Below, piece by piece: positions 1-8,240 of a stretch of DNA of 64,000 nucleotides (positions are counted from its first letter, which is position 1; the number at the start of each line of letters is the position of its first letter). A program made the translations under genes and the position numbers. The stretch is from a virus (Duplodnaviria; Heunggongvirae; Uroviricota; Caudoviricetes): IMG/VR virus record IMGVR_UViG_3300028275_000480, positions 1-64,000 of that record; one strand, 5' to 3'. The notes beneath the pieces were generated by a model that did no database searches, was not told the origin of the DNA, and saw only the letters and a program-made list of their open reading frames with translations.

Positions 1-107
1 GGAAAAAATTGGCCGCGCAAAATTTTTAAGGGCAGTACTTTTCTTTTCAGGGTGGTGATTTGCTACCCCTTACTAGCTTGTTAGTACTTACTAACATATG
101 TTACCCC

Positions 108-140
108 TCACCACCGACCACCGACCACCGACCGACCATC
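108..140. repeat. short tandem repeat (ACCGACC heptamer, ~3-4 copies)
   Basis: caccaccgaccaccgaccaccgaccgacc seen directly. Confidence 0.5.
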
Positions 141-345
141 AACACCGATCGGTCATACCAGGTCTCCTCACTCGGTCACCACCACCACAGACTCTGAGGG
201 CTTCATGCTGCCAATTTGGAATCTGTTCGTGAAGGTAACGACCTTGATCCTGCCTAGGATCCCACGCAGCATCACGTGGATCCCTAAAGGCTGTGCAGGC
301 TGTTAAGCTAGCGGCTAGCAATACTATGAATAAGCGCACGAACAT
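139..345 (-). CDS. hypothetical small protein, possible lipoprotein (L-T-A-C lipobox-like)
   Basis: 68-aa ORF with hydrophobic N-terminus; overlaps 308..535 by 38 nt; no clear RBS. Confidence 0.2.
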   Translation of the reverse strand: MFVRLFIVLLAASLTACTAFRDPRDAAWDPRQDQGRYLHEQIPNWQHEALRVCGGGDRVRRPGMTDRC

Positions 346-535
346 CTTCAGTGATCTCCATATGTTGGTCCATGACTGCTGCTATCATTAGATCGTGTAT
401 GACCACAGCGTCCTTCTTATACTCTGCGGGCAGGTTATTGATCAAGCGTTGAACATCCTCTTGTGATTCACAGCTCCAGATCATGTCAGCGATCTGATAC
501 TGCTGGCGGGTCAGTCCGTGTAGTTGTATGCTCAT
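308..535 (-). CDS. hypothetical protein
   Basis: 75-aa ORF closely following the upstream gene (stop at 557). Confidence 0.45.
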   Translation of the reverse strand: MSIQLHGLTRQQYQIADMIWSCESQEDVQRLINNLPAEYKKDAVVIHDLMIAAVMDQHMEITEDVRALIHSIASR

Positions 536-556
536 TGCATCAATACCTTTATCATG

Positions 557-868
557 TTAGCCCAAGTGTTTGCAGGTACCTCTAAATGTAAATCCTGGAC
601 AGGTACAGGTTTTCTCTGCGTCGTTGACTGAGTAGACTTGGCCTTTTGAGCCTTGGACAGATCTTGTGTCATTAGTTGCCTTTACTTTGAATAAGTTGAT
701 GTTACCCTTAACGAACTGCCTACCACGCTTATCAAAGCCCTTGATACCGCTTTTGAAATAGACGGGCGTAGTTTCGTTGACCTTTACATAGGCTACTAGG
801 GTAGTACCGTCTAGTAGATATGTGTGCGCGGGGAACTGGCCCCCAGTTGTTTCAACTAGGGCTTCCAT
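557..868 (-). CDS. SWIM zinc-finger domain protein (CxCx(n)CxH)
   Basis: C-terminal CTCPGFTFRGTCKH motif; start set at MEALV (GAGGA RBS, TAATG overlap with upstream stop) rather than the track start at 904. Confidence 0.55.
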   Translation of the reverse strand: MEALVETTGGQFPAHTYLLDGTTLVAYVKVNETTPVYFKSGIKGFDKRGRQFVKGNINLFKVKATNDTRSVQGSKGQVYSVNDAEKTCTCPGFTFRGTCKHLG

Positions 869-869
869 A

Positions 870-1052
870 TTAGTCCTCGGCTTGCCTAAGCATGAGCACA
901 CCACAGCCCATACAGCCTAGGCCAGTGATGGCCACTGCTAGACCTTGTAGAAGTTCTAGGTTAGAGATGCTGGCTTCTACACCACCTGTGCCCAACATTG
1001 TGATTAGTAGTCCTACTACAAATACAAACATTGCCTGTGCTTGTGTAACCAT
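870..1052 (-). CDS. small hydrophobic membrane protein
   Basis: 60-aa ORF with two predicted TM segments; AGGAG RBS; promoter at 1085..1113. Confidence 0.5.
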   Translation of the reverse strand: MVTQAQAMFVFVVGLLITMLGTGGVEASISNLELLQGLAVAITGLGCMGCGVLMLRQAED

Positions 1053-1084
1053 TTTCTGCTCCTAGTTGTTTAGCGTATGTGTTA

Positions 1085-1113
1085 ATTGTATAGCCAAAGT
1101 GCCTGAGTGTCAA
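1085..1113 (-). promoter_or_regulatory. sigma70-like promoter (-35 TTGACA / 17 nt / -10 TACAAT)
   Basis: consensus hexamers with 17-nt spacer upstream of 870..1052. Confidence 0.55.
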
Positions 1114-1334
1114 TCAAAATAACGAAATAACCCTGCGGCACACACGGCTATTCCTGCGAAGTTAACGATCATCTGTGGCTTATTTGCCACACGATACGAC
1201 CACGCAAAATAGCATAGACCTCCCAGTAATCCTAAGAGGATATTCAGCGGATATCGCTCAGGAAAGAAGCTCATCACAATATACATAGAGATCAGAGCGG
1301 CTGTGCCCAGCCATTGTAGGCCATGATTAATCAT
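1110..1334 (-). CDS. small membrane protein
   Basis: start MINHG, with ATG overlapping the TAA of 1327..1575; hydrophobic; the track's N-terminal extension fully overlaps 1327..1575 in another frame. Confidence 0.45.
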   Translation of the reverse strand: MINHGLQWLGTAALISMYIVMSFFPERYPLNILLGLLGGLCYFAWSYRVANKPQMIVNFAGIAVCAAGLFRYFD

Positions 1335-1575
1335 AGTTCTTTTTGTCTCCATAACGCTCGTTGTAGTCGTAGCCTGCCAAGTATTCGGCCACGGATGCAG
1401 CATCGTTGACCGAGACTCGGCGGCCGGAATCGCCTCCCACTCCACCGTAGTGAGGTTGACGTGGACGGCCGTAGTAGGAATCTGCTGAGCCACGATCATA
1501 CAAGCAACCATGGGTTCCACGGATGAACTGCCAACCCTTTAGGGCATTTACAACACGTTGTTTTTCTGTTATCAT
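1327..1575 (-). CDS. hypothetical protein
   Basis: start MITEKQ with perfect AAGGAG RBS; lies downstream of promoter 1599..1627, so the track start at 1620 is upstream of the TSS. Confidence 0.5.
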   Translation of the reverse strand: MITEKQRVVNALKGWQFIRGTHGCLYDRGSADSYYGRPRQPHYGGVGGDSGRRVSVNDAASVAEYLAGYDYNERYGDKKNYD

Positions 1576-1598
1576 TTCACGCTCCTTACTATACCTAT

Positions 1599-1627
1599 AG
1601 TATAGCACCAAAAGGCCCAAAGGTCAA
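1599..1627 (-). promoter_or_regulatory. sigma70-like promoter (-35 TTGACC / 17 / -10 TATACT)
   Basis: motif ggtcaacc plus -10; upstream of 1327..1575. Confidence 0.55.
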
Positions 1628-1644
1628 CCAAAAAGAAAGACCCT

Positions 1645-1884
1645 TTAGCTCTGCGGGTTATTCTTAACAAACTGCCACATCTTAAACGCTTCCCCACGCA
1701 GACCCATTAAGATCCCTTCGTAGTCTGCATAGGAGCAGCAGGCCCAAGTGCTCTGAGGACGATAGATCCAGTCCTCATAGATTCGTTCTGTGTTGTGCTG
1801 CGTGACGATACTCTTGGCTGTACGGGCCAGCTTGTAATACTTTTGCATGTGCCCCGTACGAGCATCGTAGACTACCCATCCCAT
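1645..1884 (-). CDS. hypothetical protein
   Basis: start MGWVV at a TAATG overlap with the stop of 1884..2120. Confidence 0.45.
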   Translation of the reverse strand: MGWVVYDARTGHMQKYYKLARTAKSIVTQHNTERIYEDWIYRPQSTWACCSYADYEGILMGLRGEAFKMWQFVKNNPQS

Positions 1885-2120
1885 TAACAAACCTCTTTGA
1901 ATACTCTGTAACCTCGACCCTGAAGCACACGGATCGCAGCCTGTACTTCTTGATGGTTCTTTTCTTCCCAATCCAACATCTCTTTGGCACCTTTGATAGT
2001 GTCTTCGTCGCAGGTGTTACCTGTAGCAAAGTGAGTGTAGAAGTAGTAGCGGCCTTCGTCACCCTGTACTGCCTGGATAGAGCCAATGTTCTTGTAGATC
2101 TGTGTGTCTTTGCTTTTCAT
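1884..2120 (-). CDS. hypothetical protein
   Basis: start MKSKD 17 nt after the upstream stop; the track's longer start would overlap 2137..2319 by 47 nt. Confidence 0.4.
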   Translation of the reverse strand: MKSKDTQIYKNIGSIQAVQGDEGRYYFYTHFATGNTCDEDTIKGAKEMLDWEEKNHQEVQAAIRVLQGRGYRVFKEVC

Positions 2121-2136
2121 TTTAGGCTTTCTAGAA

Positions 2137-2319
2137 TTAGTTGATCTTTTCGTAGCTTGCTCGGAAGTAGCATTCGCTATCACCCGAGGCGTATTCTAGG
2201 CAGAACTGCTTGGCTTCTTCTTCTGTGTCAAAGAACACCACACCCATGTCCCTTTGACCATAGCCTCTTTCATACTCTGTGCATTGAACTCTGTATAGGC
2301 TTTTGACTTCTACTCTCAT
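2137..2319 (-). CDS. hypothetical protein
   Basis: start MRVEV with AAGGAG RBS; the track start at 2364 lies upstream of promoter 2344..2372. Confidence 0.5.
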   Translation of the reverse strand: MRVEVKSLYRVQCTEYERGYGQRDMGVVFFDTEEEAKQFCLEYASGDSECYFRASYEKIN

Positions 2320-2343
2320 ACACTTCTCCTTCTGTGTAAGTGT

Positions 2344-2372
2344 ATTATATGTCCAAAGTGCCAAAAGGTCAA
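2344..2372 (-). promoter_or_regulatory. sigma70-like promoter (TTGACC / 17 / TATAAT)
   Basis: consensus hexamers with 17-nt spacer. Confidence 0.6.
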
Positions 2373-2400
2373 GAAAAAGCCCTACGGAGTGTAGGGCTTT
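2371..2400 (-). terminator. rho-independent terminator (GC hairpin + T-run on minus strand)
   Basis: aaagccctacggagtgtagggcttt hairpin followed by a U-run on the minus strand; downstream of 2407..2760. Confidence 0.55.
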
Positions 2401-2406
2401 TGTTGT

Positions 2407-2760
2407 TTAAATTGCTTCAAAAGCCTTAAGGGCTTCTTGTGCGCTCTCGTCCAAATAGACAGCGTCCATAGCCCGTTGCTTCTCAGCGGCTACCAACTTG
2501 CGATATGCTTCCAGCTCTGCCTTTTTGGCTTCCATAGCAGGCCACTCCACGTCCGTAGGGTTGAGGTAAGGACCCGTATAGTCCACCTTGTCTGCTTTAA
2601 GGGTAATCTCGCCGGATTTAATGCCCTCAAACACCATGCCCCAAGTAGGCTGTTCTGGACGGCCACTTGCGCCGTAAAGTTCTACTGCTTTGGCCTGCAC
2701 TTTTTCTTGTGCTACTTCGTTAAGACGACGGACAAAATACTCACGTGCTTGTGCTTCCAT
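2407..2760 (-). CDS. hypothetical protein
   Basis: 117-aa ORF with AGGAGCG RBS and promoter 2792..2820. Confidence 0.6.
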   Translation of the reverse strand: MEAQAREYFVRRLNEVAQEKVQAKAVELYGASGRPEQPTWGMVFEGIKSGEITLKADKVDYTGPYLNPTDVEWPAMEAKKAELEAYRKLVAAEKQRAMDAVYLDESAQEALKAFEAI

Positions 2761-2791
2761 GTTTCGCTCCTAAGTTGTTTGTTGAGCTTGT

Positions 2792-2820
2792 ATTATATGC
2801 GATCTAGAGGCTGTTGTCAA
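2792..2820 (-). promoter_or_regulatory. sigma70 consensus promoter (GGTTGACAA / 17 / TATAAT)
   Basis: perfect -35 and -10 hexamers. Confidence 0.65.
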
Positions 2821-2839
2821 CCACTTTTTTGAATAACCC

Positions 2840-3391
2840 TTAGGCTGCTAGGGTTTCTTGTTGTGGAACCCAAAGCCCGTGATAGCCTTCTAAAAGCCCC
2901 GTATCTTCCCAACGGCCCGCACTTTCCTGCATGTTCAAGTAAGGATGCTTGCTCTCGACCAGCACGAAGTGATCCACGTAGCTCTTCTCAATGGTATGAT
3001 AGTCTACAGGAATGTGTACGGTTACATGTCCCAGGGGACCTGGAATGGTTGCTTCAACCAGGGGAGCAAATGTAACATAGATCTCAACCGTGTGCCCTTG
3101 ATCGATCTGCTGGCGCATGAAGTTCCATACGCAATAGGTCCTGGCGCTCATGCCCTTGGCAAAACCAGTGAAGTAGGCCCCTAAGGTTCCCTTGAGTCCG
3201 CCCTTGGCCTGTGAGCCGCCAATCTTCTTGATTTCACCGTTGACTACGATGAAGTAAACACGGCCAACTTCTTGTCGAAACAGCTCGCGAGTCATTGTGG
3301 GATCCAATTGGATGTCCAACTTGTCTGCGTGATCTGCCTTGCGGATGATCTGGCCTGCGCGGTATAGGTTCTGGAGTTCTGTAATTTTCAT
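2840..3391 (-). CDS. hypothetical protein
   Basis: 183-aa ORF; -10 (TACAAT) ends 6 nt before the ATG, so the mRNA is possibly leaderless. Confidence 0.55.
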   Translation of the reverse strand: MKITELQNLYRAGQIIRKADHADKLDIQLDPTMTRELFRQEVGRVYFIVVNGEIKKIGGSQAKGGLKGTLGAYFTGFAKGMSARTYCVWNFMRQQIDQGHTVEIYVTFAPLVEATIPGPLGHVTVHIPVDYHTIEKSYVDHFVLVESKHPYLNMQESAGRWEDTGLLEGYHGLWVPQQETLAA

Positions 3392-3397
3392 AACTCA

Positions 3398-3426
3398 ATT
3401 GTAAGCTCAAACCGCGGTCGTGTCAA
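3398..3426 (-). promoter_or_regulatory. sigma70-like promoter (TTGACA / 17 / TACAAT)
   Basis: consensus; the -10 lies immediately upstream of the ATG at 3391. Confidence 0.55.
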
Positions 3427-3793
3427 CCGTTTTGGACTCCATGTATTCACGGCCCTCAACCACGATCAACCTTACATTCTTCATACGCTGCGCCATGGCT
3501 TCGATCAGCTGCTCCTTGCTGTTGCCCTGCCCTAGGAACTGATCGTTGTCTTTACGAAACGCATAGAGTGTGTTACTATGCTTCTCAACTTTGATATCGA
3601 TCTGATCCAGCTCGGGATCATCGGATGATTCTTCTTCTGATCGGTTAAGGAGTGCGAGTAGATCCTGCTGACTCACCCCAAGATCCTTCAGGATGCTGCG
3701 TAGTAGGTGCAGATGAAAGATCTTAGATGCCCACCAGCCTGAAAGTAGGCCAAGGCCGTAAAGGATGATCATGGTTACATCAAGGTCGCTCAT
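3407..3793 (-). CDS. membrane-anchored hypothetical protein (N-terminal TM)
   Basis: 128-aa ORF; 1-nt start/stop overlap with the upstream gene. Confidence 0.5.
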   Translation of the reverse strand: MSDLDVTMIILYGLGLLSGWWASKIFHLHLLRSILKDLGVSQQDLLALLNRSEEESSDDPELDQIDIKVEKHSNTLYAFRKDNDQFLGQGNSKEQLIEAMAQRMKNVRLIVVEGREYMESKTVDTTAV

Positions 3794-4119
3794 TAGGTTC
3801 TCCTGGGATTCAACAGGGCGGCTGCTTCCTTACGAAGTTTCCCTGCTCTTCGATACATTTCGTCTGCGGTTTCGCTGAGTTCTTCGCTTTTGAGCTGTTG
3901 CAGTTTGCCGCCCCCAAACTCGCGATCAATGTAGTATTCAGTTAGGTGGTTCTTGATCATTAGTGTTAGATCTGAACCGGAATCACTGGGACAAATAAAG
4001 CGAACTGGACATCGCCCCCATCCACCGTATTCTAGGAACTCTGCGTAGTAGCGCCTATGATCTTTGTTATAAGCATCGAATGCTACCAGAGGTCTTGCAA
4101 GGTATTCTAATTTGCTCAT
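3793..4119 (-). CDS. hypothetical protein
   Basis: start MSKLEY (ATG) 14 nt after AGGAGC; the track start at 4146 is a TTG with no RBS. Confidence 0.5.
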   Translation of the reverse strand: MSKLEYLARPLVAFDAYNKDHRRYYAEFLEYGGWGRCPVRFICPSDSGSDLTLMIKNHLTEYYIDREFGGGKLQQLKSEELSETADEMYRRAGKLRKEAAALLNPRRT

Positions 4120-4158
4120 GTGTGTATTTAAGCTCCTGTGCTCCAATTCGTTAATACT

Positions 4159-4187
4159 ATTATATGATCAGTTAATCCAGTTGTCAA
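4159..4187 (-). promoter_or_regulatory. sigma70 consensus promoter (TTGACA / 17 / TATAAT)
   Basis: perfect hexamers with 17-nt spacer. Confidence 0.65.
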
Positions 4188-4194
4188 CCGAAGT

Positions 4195-4232
4195 CAAAAA
4201 AAACGCCCTAGTATACGTGTGCATACTAGGGC
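4195..4232 (-). terminator. rho-independent terminator (perfect 10-bp stem + 8 U)
   Basis: gccctagtat...atactagggc stem followed by a T-run on the minus strand. Confidence 0.65.
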
Positions 4233-4264
4233 CCAAGGTTACCGCTACCGGGAGCGAATCGGAT

Positions 4265-4567
4265 TTAAGCGGTAACAGCCTCTGCCTTCGCGGCAGTAGT
4301 CTTAACAGCTTTAGGGGCTGGATTCTTCTTCTCAGCGTAGGCGATCGCAGCTTGTACAGCAGCATTGCCTGAGCCGAAACCAACGCTCTTGAGGTGTTGT
4401 ACAGCCTCAGCCTTGGTCATCTCTGATGGCAGCTCAACGAGCTCAACATCCTTGTGACCGTTCTTTGCCAAGATCTTGATGCGCATAACATCGTTAGCGA
4501 AACGAAGCTTGGTCTTACCTTCCAGTGTCGAAACACCAGCAACCGCAAATTTCTTATCTGTAGCCAT
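4265..4567 (-). CDS. hypothetical protein
   Basis: start MATDKK with GGAG RBS; promoter 4625..4653; 3' hairpin carrying the conserved 15-mer. Confidence 0.55.
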   Translation of the reverse strand: MATDKKFAVAGVSTLEGKTKLRFANDVMRIKILAKNGHKDVELVELPSEMTKAEAVQHLKSVGFGSGNAAVQAAIAYAEKKNPAPKAVKTTAAKAEAVTA

Positions 4568-4624
4568 TTTAAAGTTCTCCAAAAAGTGTGTGTGTTAAAG
4601 ATATGCCTATTGGGCATGTTAATA

Positions 4625-4653
4625 ATGTAGCATCACTATTCAAGTTTGTCAAC
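4625..4653 (-). promoter_or_regulatory. sigma70-like promoter (TTGACA / 17 / TACATT)
   Basis: -35 consensus with a weaker -10. Confidence 0.5.
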
Positions 4654-4843
4654 CATTTGTTTGTCCAAATTGCGGAATTACTTGAATAGTAACGCTGTCC
4701 TTCTCGTCCAAGGCGGCGATGAACTCGTCGTCGTAGACCAGATCCTGCATGGCCAAATCGATCATTTCTTCGACTCGGCCCACGTCTGCCTTGCCGTCCC
4801 CGGCGCAGACCACGTGAAAACTGAAGTTAAACTCTCTAGGCAT
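4649..4843 (-). CDS. hypothetical acidic small protein
   Basis: 64-aa ORF with GGGAG RBS; its 3' end reads into promoter 4625..4653. Confidence 0.4.
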   Translation of the reverse strand: MPREFNFSFHVVCAGDGKADVGRVEEMIDLAMQDLVYDDEFIAALDEKDSVTIQVIPQFGQTNG

Positions 4844-5135
4844 TTTGCCATGACTCCCATTTCAAAACGAACATTGTGTAAGATTCGTCTTTCAAATATA
4901 TAGCACTCTTAGAATCATCCCAGGCCCATTTTGGTTGGACCCCATCGAATAACTCTGGGCGAGCTAGGTGCAATTCGGCACTCGGACCGAATTGCGTCCA
5001 CAAGTAGTTGCGAGACTTAATCCAATTCTTTTGATCTGTAAGCCTCGCACCTGCGCCATAACTGATAAACTCGACACGATGGCTAAATCTTCCATAACCA
5101 TCGTATCTCTTGTCGAGTTTAACAATGTGCATCAT
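4836..5135 (-). CDS. hypothetical protein
   Basis: 99-aa ORF with 8-nt overlap to the downstream gene. Confidence 0.5.
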   Translation of the reverse strand: MMHIVKLDKRYDGYGRFSHRVEFISYGAGARLTDQKNWIKSRNYLWTQFGPSAELHLARPELFDGVQPKWAWDDSKSAIYLKDESYTMFVLKWESWQNA

Positions 5136-5758
5136 TCTGAAACAAGTCCTAGTTTCTTGTTCTGCTCAACACCATCCTTGATCCACTCTGTGAGCTCTTC
5201 GTCCTCTTCCTGGAATTCACGGATAGCCTCGGCGATGCAGAATGCTTCGTCCAACTCTGGATAGTTCTGCTCGATCTCATCGGCACTCATGCCTTCTAGG
5301 CTAAAGTCCTCGCAGTTGCCATCTTCGTAAATACCAGCAAATGCCATACCGGATTCGTAGAACATTGCGTTCACACGGAAGCCAAGTTGTTCCAACTTCT
5401 GATAAGCATTCACGGGTGGTGACCATGCTGAATCAAAAGAAGTGAATAGACTCTTACCGTCTGGGTGGATGTCGCTTTGTCCATCACCGCCTACATCCCA
5501 TTTGGTTCCCCATTCACCCACGCAGAAGTCATACCAGTTGCTGTAGCCATATTTGGCCACATTGGCTTTCATCTGTGCTTCCAGATCCTTTTGTTTGGCA
5601 TCATCCCCGTAGGATCCTGCCATGGTCTCTGTGAGTTCTTTGGGCACAGGAATAAACTCCTGCAGGAACTCTCCACGATCAAGTGCTTCTTTAGCACGGG
5701 TAATCATTGCTGGATCATCATGCTCCAGCGTCAAGTTGTTGTTGCACCAATTAGGCAT
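5132..5758 (-). CDS. DUF1281/Api92-like ferredoxin-like domain protein (tentative)
   Basis: N-terminus MPNWCNNNL resembles a family I recall from memory; AAGGAGCG RBS; promoter 5784..5812. Confidence 0.55.
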   Translation of the reverse strand: MPNWCNNNLTLEHDDPAMITRAKEALDRGEFLQEFIPVPKELTETMAGSYGDDAKQKDLEAQMKANVAKYGYSNWYDFCVGEWGTKWDVGGDGQSDIHPDGKSLFTSFDSAWSPPVNAYQKLEQLGFRVNAMFYESGMAFAGIYEDGNCEDFSLEGMSADEIEQNYPELDEAFCIAEAIREFQEEDEELTEWIKDGVEQNKKLGLVSE

Positions 5759-5783
5759 ATTCGCTCCTTAAGTTAGTGTTAAA

Positions 5784-5812
5784 ATTATACAATCATTTTC
5801 TCAAAAGGTCAA
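5784..5812 (-). promoter_or_regulatory. sigma70-like promoter (TTGACC / 17 / TATAAT)
   Basis: consensus hexamers with 17-nt spacer. Confidence 0.6.
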
Positions 5813-5996
5813 CCAAATGTGCATTGGCCAAGTTCTGATCTACGCGGTCTTGGAACTCCCTCTCGATCACCACGGCACAGCGTCCGGCGATCTGCTCCAT
5901 CGTCCTTAAGATCTTGACACGGGCCATCGGAGTTGTCTCTGACGATCCCAATGCATCAACGGCTCGCTTCAGGTATTCAAATTCATTTTGATTCAC
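5793..5996 (-). CDS. hypothetical protein
   Basis: 67-aa ORF with GGAGCC RBS. Confidence 0.5.
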   Translation of the reverse strand: MNQNEFEYLKRAVDALGSSETTPMARVKILRTMEQIAGRCAVVIEREFQDRVDQNLANAHLVDLLRK

Positions 5997-6021
5997 AGCT
6001 GGCTCCTTTCACTATGCCTAT

Positions 6022-6050
6022 AGTTTAACACCAAAAAGCCAAGTTGTCAA
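6022..6050 (-). promoter_or_regulatory. sigma70-like promoter (TTGACA / 17 / TAAACT, weak -10)
   Basis: -35 consensus; the -10 is degenerate. Confidence 0.4.
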
Positions 6051-6065
6051 CCAAAATGATGTACG

Positions 6066-6257
6066 TTAGCTGTTGATTGTATCGAATGGGCTGTAGGTGC
6101 GATCGTGAGCAGCTAGCTCTTTGTCCAACCATTCGCCGATGTCTTCGTTGTAGACTAGGTCGCCCGGGTCTGCAACATCTTCCCAATCAGCATCCTCGTC
6201 AATGAGTACACCATCTTCATCATAAAAGGGATCTTCAACGATCATACCAAAAGTCAT
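6066..6257 (-). CDS. hypothetical acidic protein
   Basis: 63-aa ORF, Asp/Glu-rich. Confidence 0.45.
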   Translation of the reverse strand: MTFGMIVEDPFYDEDGVLIDEDADWEDVADPGDLVYNEDIGEWLDKELAAHDRTYSPFDTINS

Positions 6258-6463
6258 GTTGTTTCCTTTGATTTTAAGAATGTTACCAATTCATCTTCCA
6301 CGTCTTCCAGCTCGAAGTTGTCAGTGGCCCAATCAACCCATTCTTCGGTCATTGGGTCCACTTCTCCATTCATGAGCTTTTCACGTGCTTCCTCTTCTGA
6401 ACCTGCTTCAAGTTCGTAGACTTCGCAGATTATAGAATTGCGCCAGAACGTGTATCTAGGCAT
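6254..6463 (-). CDS. hypothetical acidic protein
   Basis: 69-aa ORF; ATGA overlap with the downstream gene. Confidence 0.5.
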   Translation of the reverse strand: MPRYTFWRNSIICEVYELEAGSEEEAREKLMNGEVDPMTEEWVDWATDNFELEDVEDELVTFLKSKETT

Positions 6464-6591
6464 TACTTCGCAGCTTCTTTAGATACTTCCTGGACTTTGG
6501 CAACCCCATTATCGAAGATCTTAGCGATGCCCGATAATCCTACGGTAGCCACTACGAGACCAAAGATTGTACCTGCGATGAATACTTTCAT
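6463..6591 (-). CDS. small single-TM protein (42 aa)
   Basis: not in the ORF track because it is under 60 aa; AGGAGC RBS and TAATG coupling to 6254..6463. Confidence 0.35.
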   Translation of the reverse strand: MKVFIAGTIFGLVVATVGLSGIAKIFDNGVAKVQEVSKEAAK

Positions 6592-6731
6592 GATTGCTCC
6601 TGTTCTGACATTTGTTTAAGGACTTTGCGATACTTCCAACGTGCCCAAAGCATCTGAGGGATGCCCAAGCGCCAGGCCCACATTAAGTCCATTACTATGA
6701 GCCCAAGGACAAATGCAATTACTAGTTCCAT
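6588..6731 (-). CDS. small TM protein (47 aa)
   Basis: not in the track; RBS AAGGGG; ATGA overlap with 6463..6591; promoter 6763..6791. Confidence 0.35.
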   Translation of the reverse strand: MELVIAFVLGLIVMDLMWAWRLGIPQMLWARWKYRKVLKQMSEQEQS

Positions 6732-6762
6732 TTACCGCCCCTTTCTGTGTCTGTGTATATGT

Positions 6763-6791
6763 ATTATAAGGCCAAATTATCTATCTGTCAA
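6763..6791 (-). promoter_or_regulatory. sigma70 consensus promoter (TTGACA / 17 / TATAAT)
   Basis: perfect hexamers. Confidence 0.6.
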
Positions 6792-6874
6792 CCATAATCT
6801 ATATACGTGCATACGTGTAGCAGCGGGGCCTTTGGTGGAAGTGTGGCTTTTTAGCCACACCCCCCGGCACTCTC

Positions 6875-8083
6875 CTAGCCCGCCTCTTTTTCGTAGATCA
6901 CCGTTTGACCAAAGGGCGCCTCTGCTTGTGTATTGCCCTTAACGATAAAGATTGTGTCGCAGTAGTCCTCAGGACCCCAACTACCACAGGGATAGCCGTC
7001 TGTGAACATAATGAACTTCTTAGGGCGAATGTCATTCTCTTCCATGTAGGTAAAGTTGACATCAAAGTCTGTGCCACCGCCACCTTGAGGTTCATACTCA
7101 AGCAAGTCATGTGAGTTGTCATGAGTGATCTCTTGTGGGTTATAGATCTCTGTGTCAAAGCACCACAGGTTGATCTTGAAGTCCTCGTATTGGTCCATGA
7201 TGCCTTTGATCTCCGAAAGGAATGTGCTGGCATCTTCTTCACCAATACTACCACTCATGTCAACAGCAATAGCCACGTCAATGGTAGTTGCTTCTTTCAT
7301 GCCTGGCAAGATTGCGCCTGAGTGCATACTCTTGCGATTAACACGCTGGAAGGAGTAGTCGTTGCGAACAATGCTTTGGATCTCTTGTTGCACCAACTGA
7401 CGCCAGTCCATCTTAGGCTCAGTCATAGACTTAATCATACGCATAATGCCTGCAGGAGTCTTGCCTGCACCAGCGGCCGCGGCACTTTGGATCATTGCTT
7501 CTTTGATCTCTTGCTTGATGCGTTCTGCTTCTTCTTTGCTAAGGCTAGGCTTGCTCTTACCGTCTTTGGTCTTGTCATCTTCTGAGCCAGCACCCTCTTG
7601 TTCCTTAATGTGCTCGTCCAACAGATCGCCCAACTCTTTCATCAGTTGATCCATAGGAATCTTCTCTGCTTTTTCATACAGAATATCGTAGATTTCTTCC
7701 CAAGCAAGTCCACGGAACTTAGGATCATAACAGATCTTAACCTCAGTGATCTTCTCACCAATACGCTCGTCTACAAGGATTTGGTTTACAGCAAAGTCCT
7801 GTGCGATGTTAGAAAGTTGACGATCACGGCTACCTACACGGCCAAAGTGATCAAACACGCAGTGAAGGATCTCGTGACCAAACAGGAACTCTAGTTTTTT
7901 CTCTGAAAGTTTTTCGATGAACTTTGTGTTGTAATAAAAGTCACGGCCATTGGTCGCCGCAGTAGGGCACCAGTCGTCAGCACAGACTAAACGCATACGA
8001 GTTGCCATGTTGCCAAAGAACGGTGCTTTGAGCAATAGACCGACCCGTGCAGTAGTTAATTTATCAACGATGTTTGTAGACAT
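6875..8083 (-). CDS. vWA (MIDAS DxSGS) domain protein with N-terminal HExxH metallopeptidase-like domain (CobT-like, DUF2201-like)
   Basis: FGHEILH and VDMSGSIGEED motifs; adjacent to the MoxR-like ATPase; AAGGAG RBS. Confidence 0.75.
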   Translation of the reverse strand: MSTNIVDKLTTARVGLLLKAPFFGNMATRMRLVCADDWCPTAATNGRDFYYNTKFIEKLSEKKLEFLFGHEILHCVFDHFGRVGSRDRQLSNIAQDFAVNQILVDERIGEKITEVKICYDPKFRGLAWEEIYDILYEKAEKIPMDQLMKELGDLLDEHIKEQEGAGSEDDKTKDGKSKPSLSKEEAERIKQEIKEAMIQSAAAAGAGKTPAGIMRMIKSMTEPKMDWRQLVQQEIQSIVRNDYSFQRVNRKSMHSGAILPGMKEATTIDVAIAVDMSGSIGEEDASTFLSEIKGIMDQYEDFKINLWCFDTEIYNPQEITHDNSHDLLEYEPQGGGGTDFDVNFTYMEENDIRPKKFIMFTDGYPCGSWGPEDYCDTIFIVKGNTQAEAPFGQTVIYEKEAG

Positions 8084-8108
8084 TAGTCGCTCTCCTTAGT
8101 ATGTGTAT

Positions 8109-8137
8109 ATTATAGCACCAGGATCCGGGTTTGTCAA
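8109..8137 (-). promoter_or_regulatory. sigma70 consensus promoter (TTGACA / 17 / TATAAT)
   Basis: perfect hexamers. Confidence 0.6.
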
Positions 8138-8240
8138 CCAAAAAGAAACCGGACGATGTTGCGTATTTACAACACCGCCCGGCACTCCAAAAGGTGGGCG
8201 GAAGCCCTGGGTGAGCCCCCGCCCGGCGATGGGCGAGGTC

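Noticed and set aside
1110-1520. Track ORF extended to 136 aa, along with similar long versions such as 1327..1620, 1645..1971, 1884..2183, 2137..2364, 10223..10582, 13398..13631, 13891..14268 and 15226..15573
   Set aside because: The N-terminal extensions run upstream of the mapped sigma70 promoters or overlap the preceding gene by 40-300 nt. Internal Mets with AAGGAG-type RBSs and TAATG or ATGA coupling give consistent non-overlapping genes, so shorter coordinates are reported.
1950-2144. Plus-strand ORF (64 aa) lying antisense to minus-strand genes in the early region
   Set aside because: It lies entirely inside better-supported minus-strand genes that have RBS and promoter context. It has no RBS of its own and no plus-strand promoter.
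2437-2832. Plus-strand 131-aa ORF opposite gene 2407..2760
   Set aside because: It is an antisense shadow ORF with hydrophobic, low-complexity translation. It spans the minus-strand promoter and has no translation signals.
2863-3184. Two plus-strand ORFs (70 aa and 79 aa) inside gene 2840..3391
   Set aside because: They are shadow ORFs on the antisense strand of a well-supported gene.
4112-4617. Plus-strand and minus-strand ORFs at 4112..4372, 4168..4383 and 4417..4617
   Set aside because: They overlap the terminator and promoter and gene 4265..4567 in wrong frames. Their sequences are Arg/Leu-rich and have a shadow-ORF character.
4646-5776. Plus-strand ORFs 4646..4903, 4968..5264 and 5465..5776
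   Set aside because: All are antisense to supported minus-strand genes with proper RBSs, and none has a promoter or RBS.
6841-6860. Hairpin gtgtggct-tttt-agccacac downstream of the vWA gene, considered as a terminator
   Set aside because: There is no U-run on the minus strand after the stem, so it is at best a weak or factor-dependent terminator.
6661-7894. Several ORFs antisense to, or frame-shifted within, the vWA gene (6661..6942, 6898..7254, 6905..7114, 7121..7649, 7598..7894)
   Set aside because: They sit inside a 402-aa gene that has clear domain motifs, so they are shadow ORFs.
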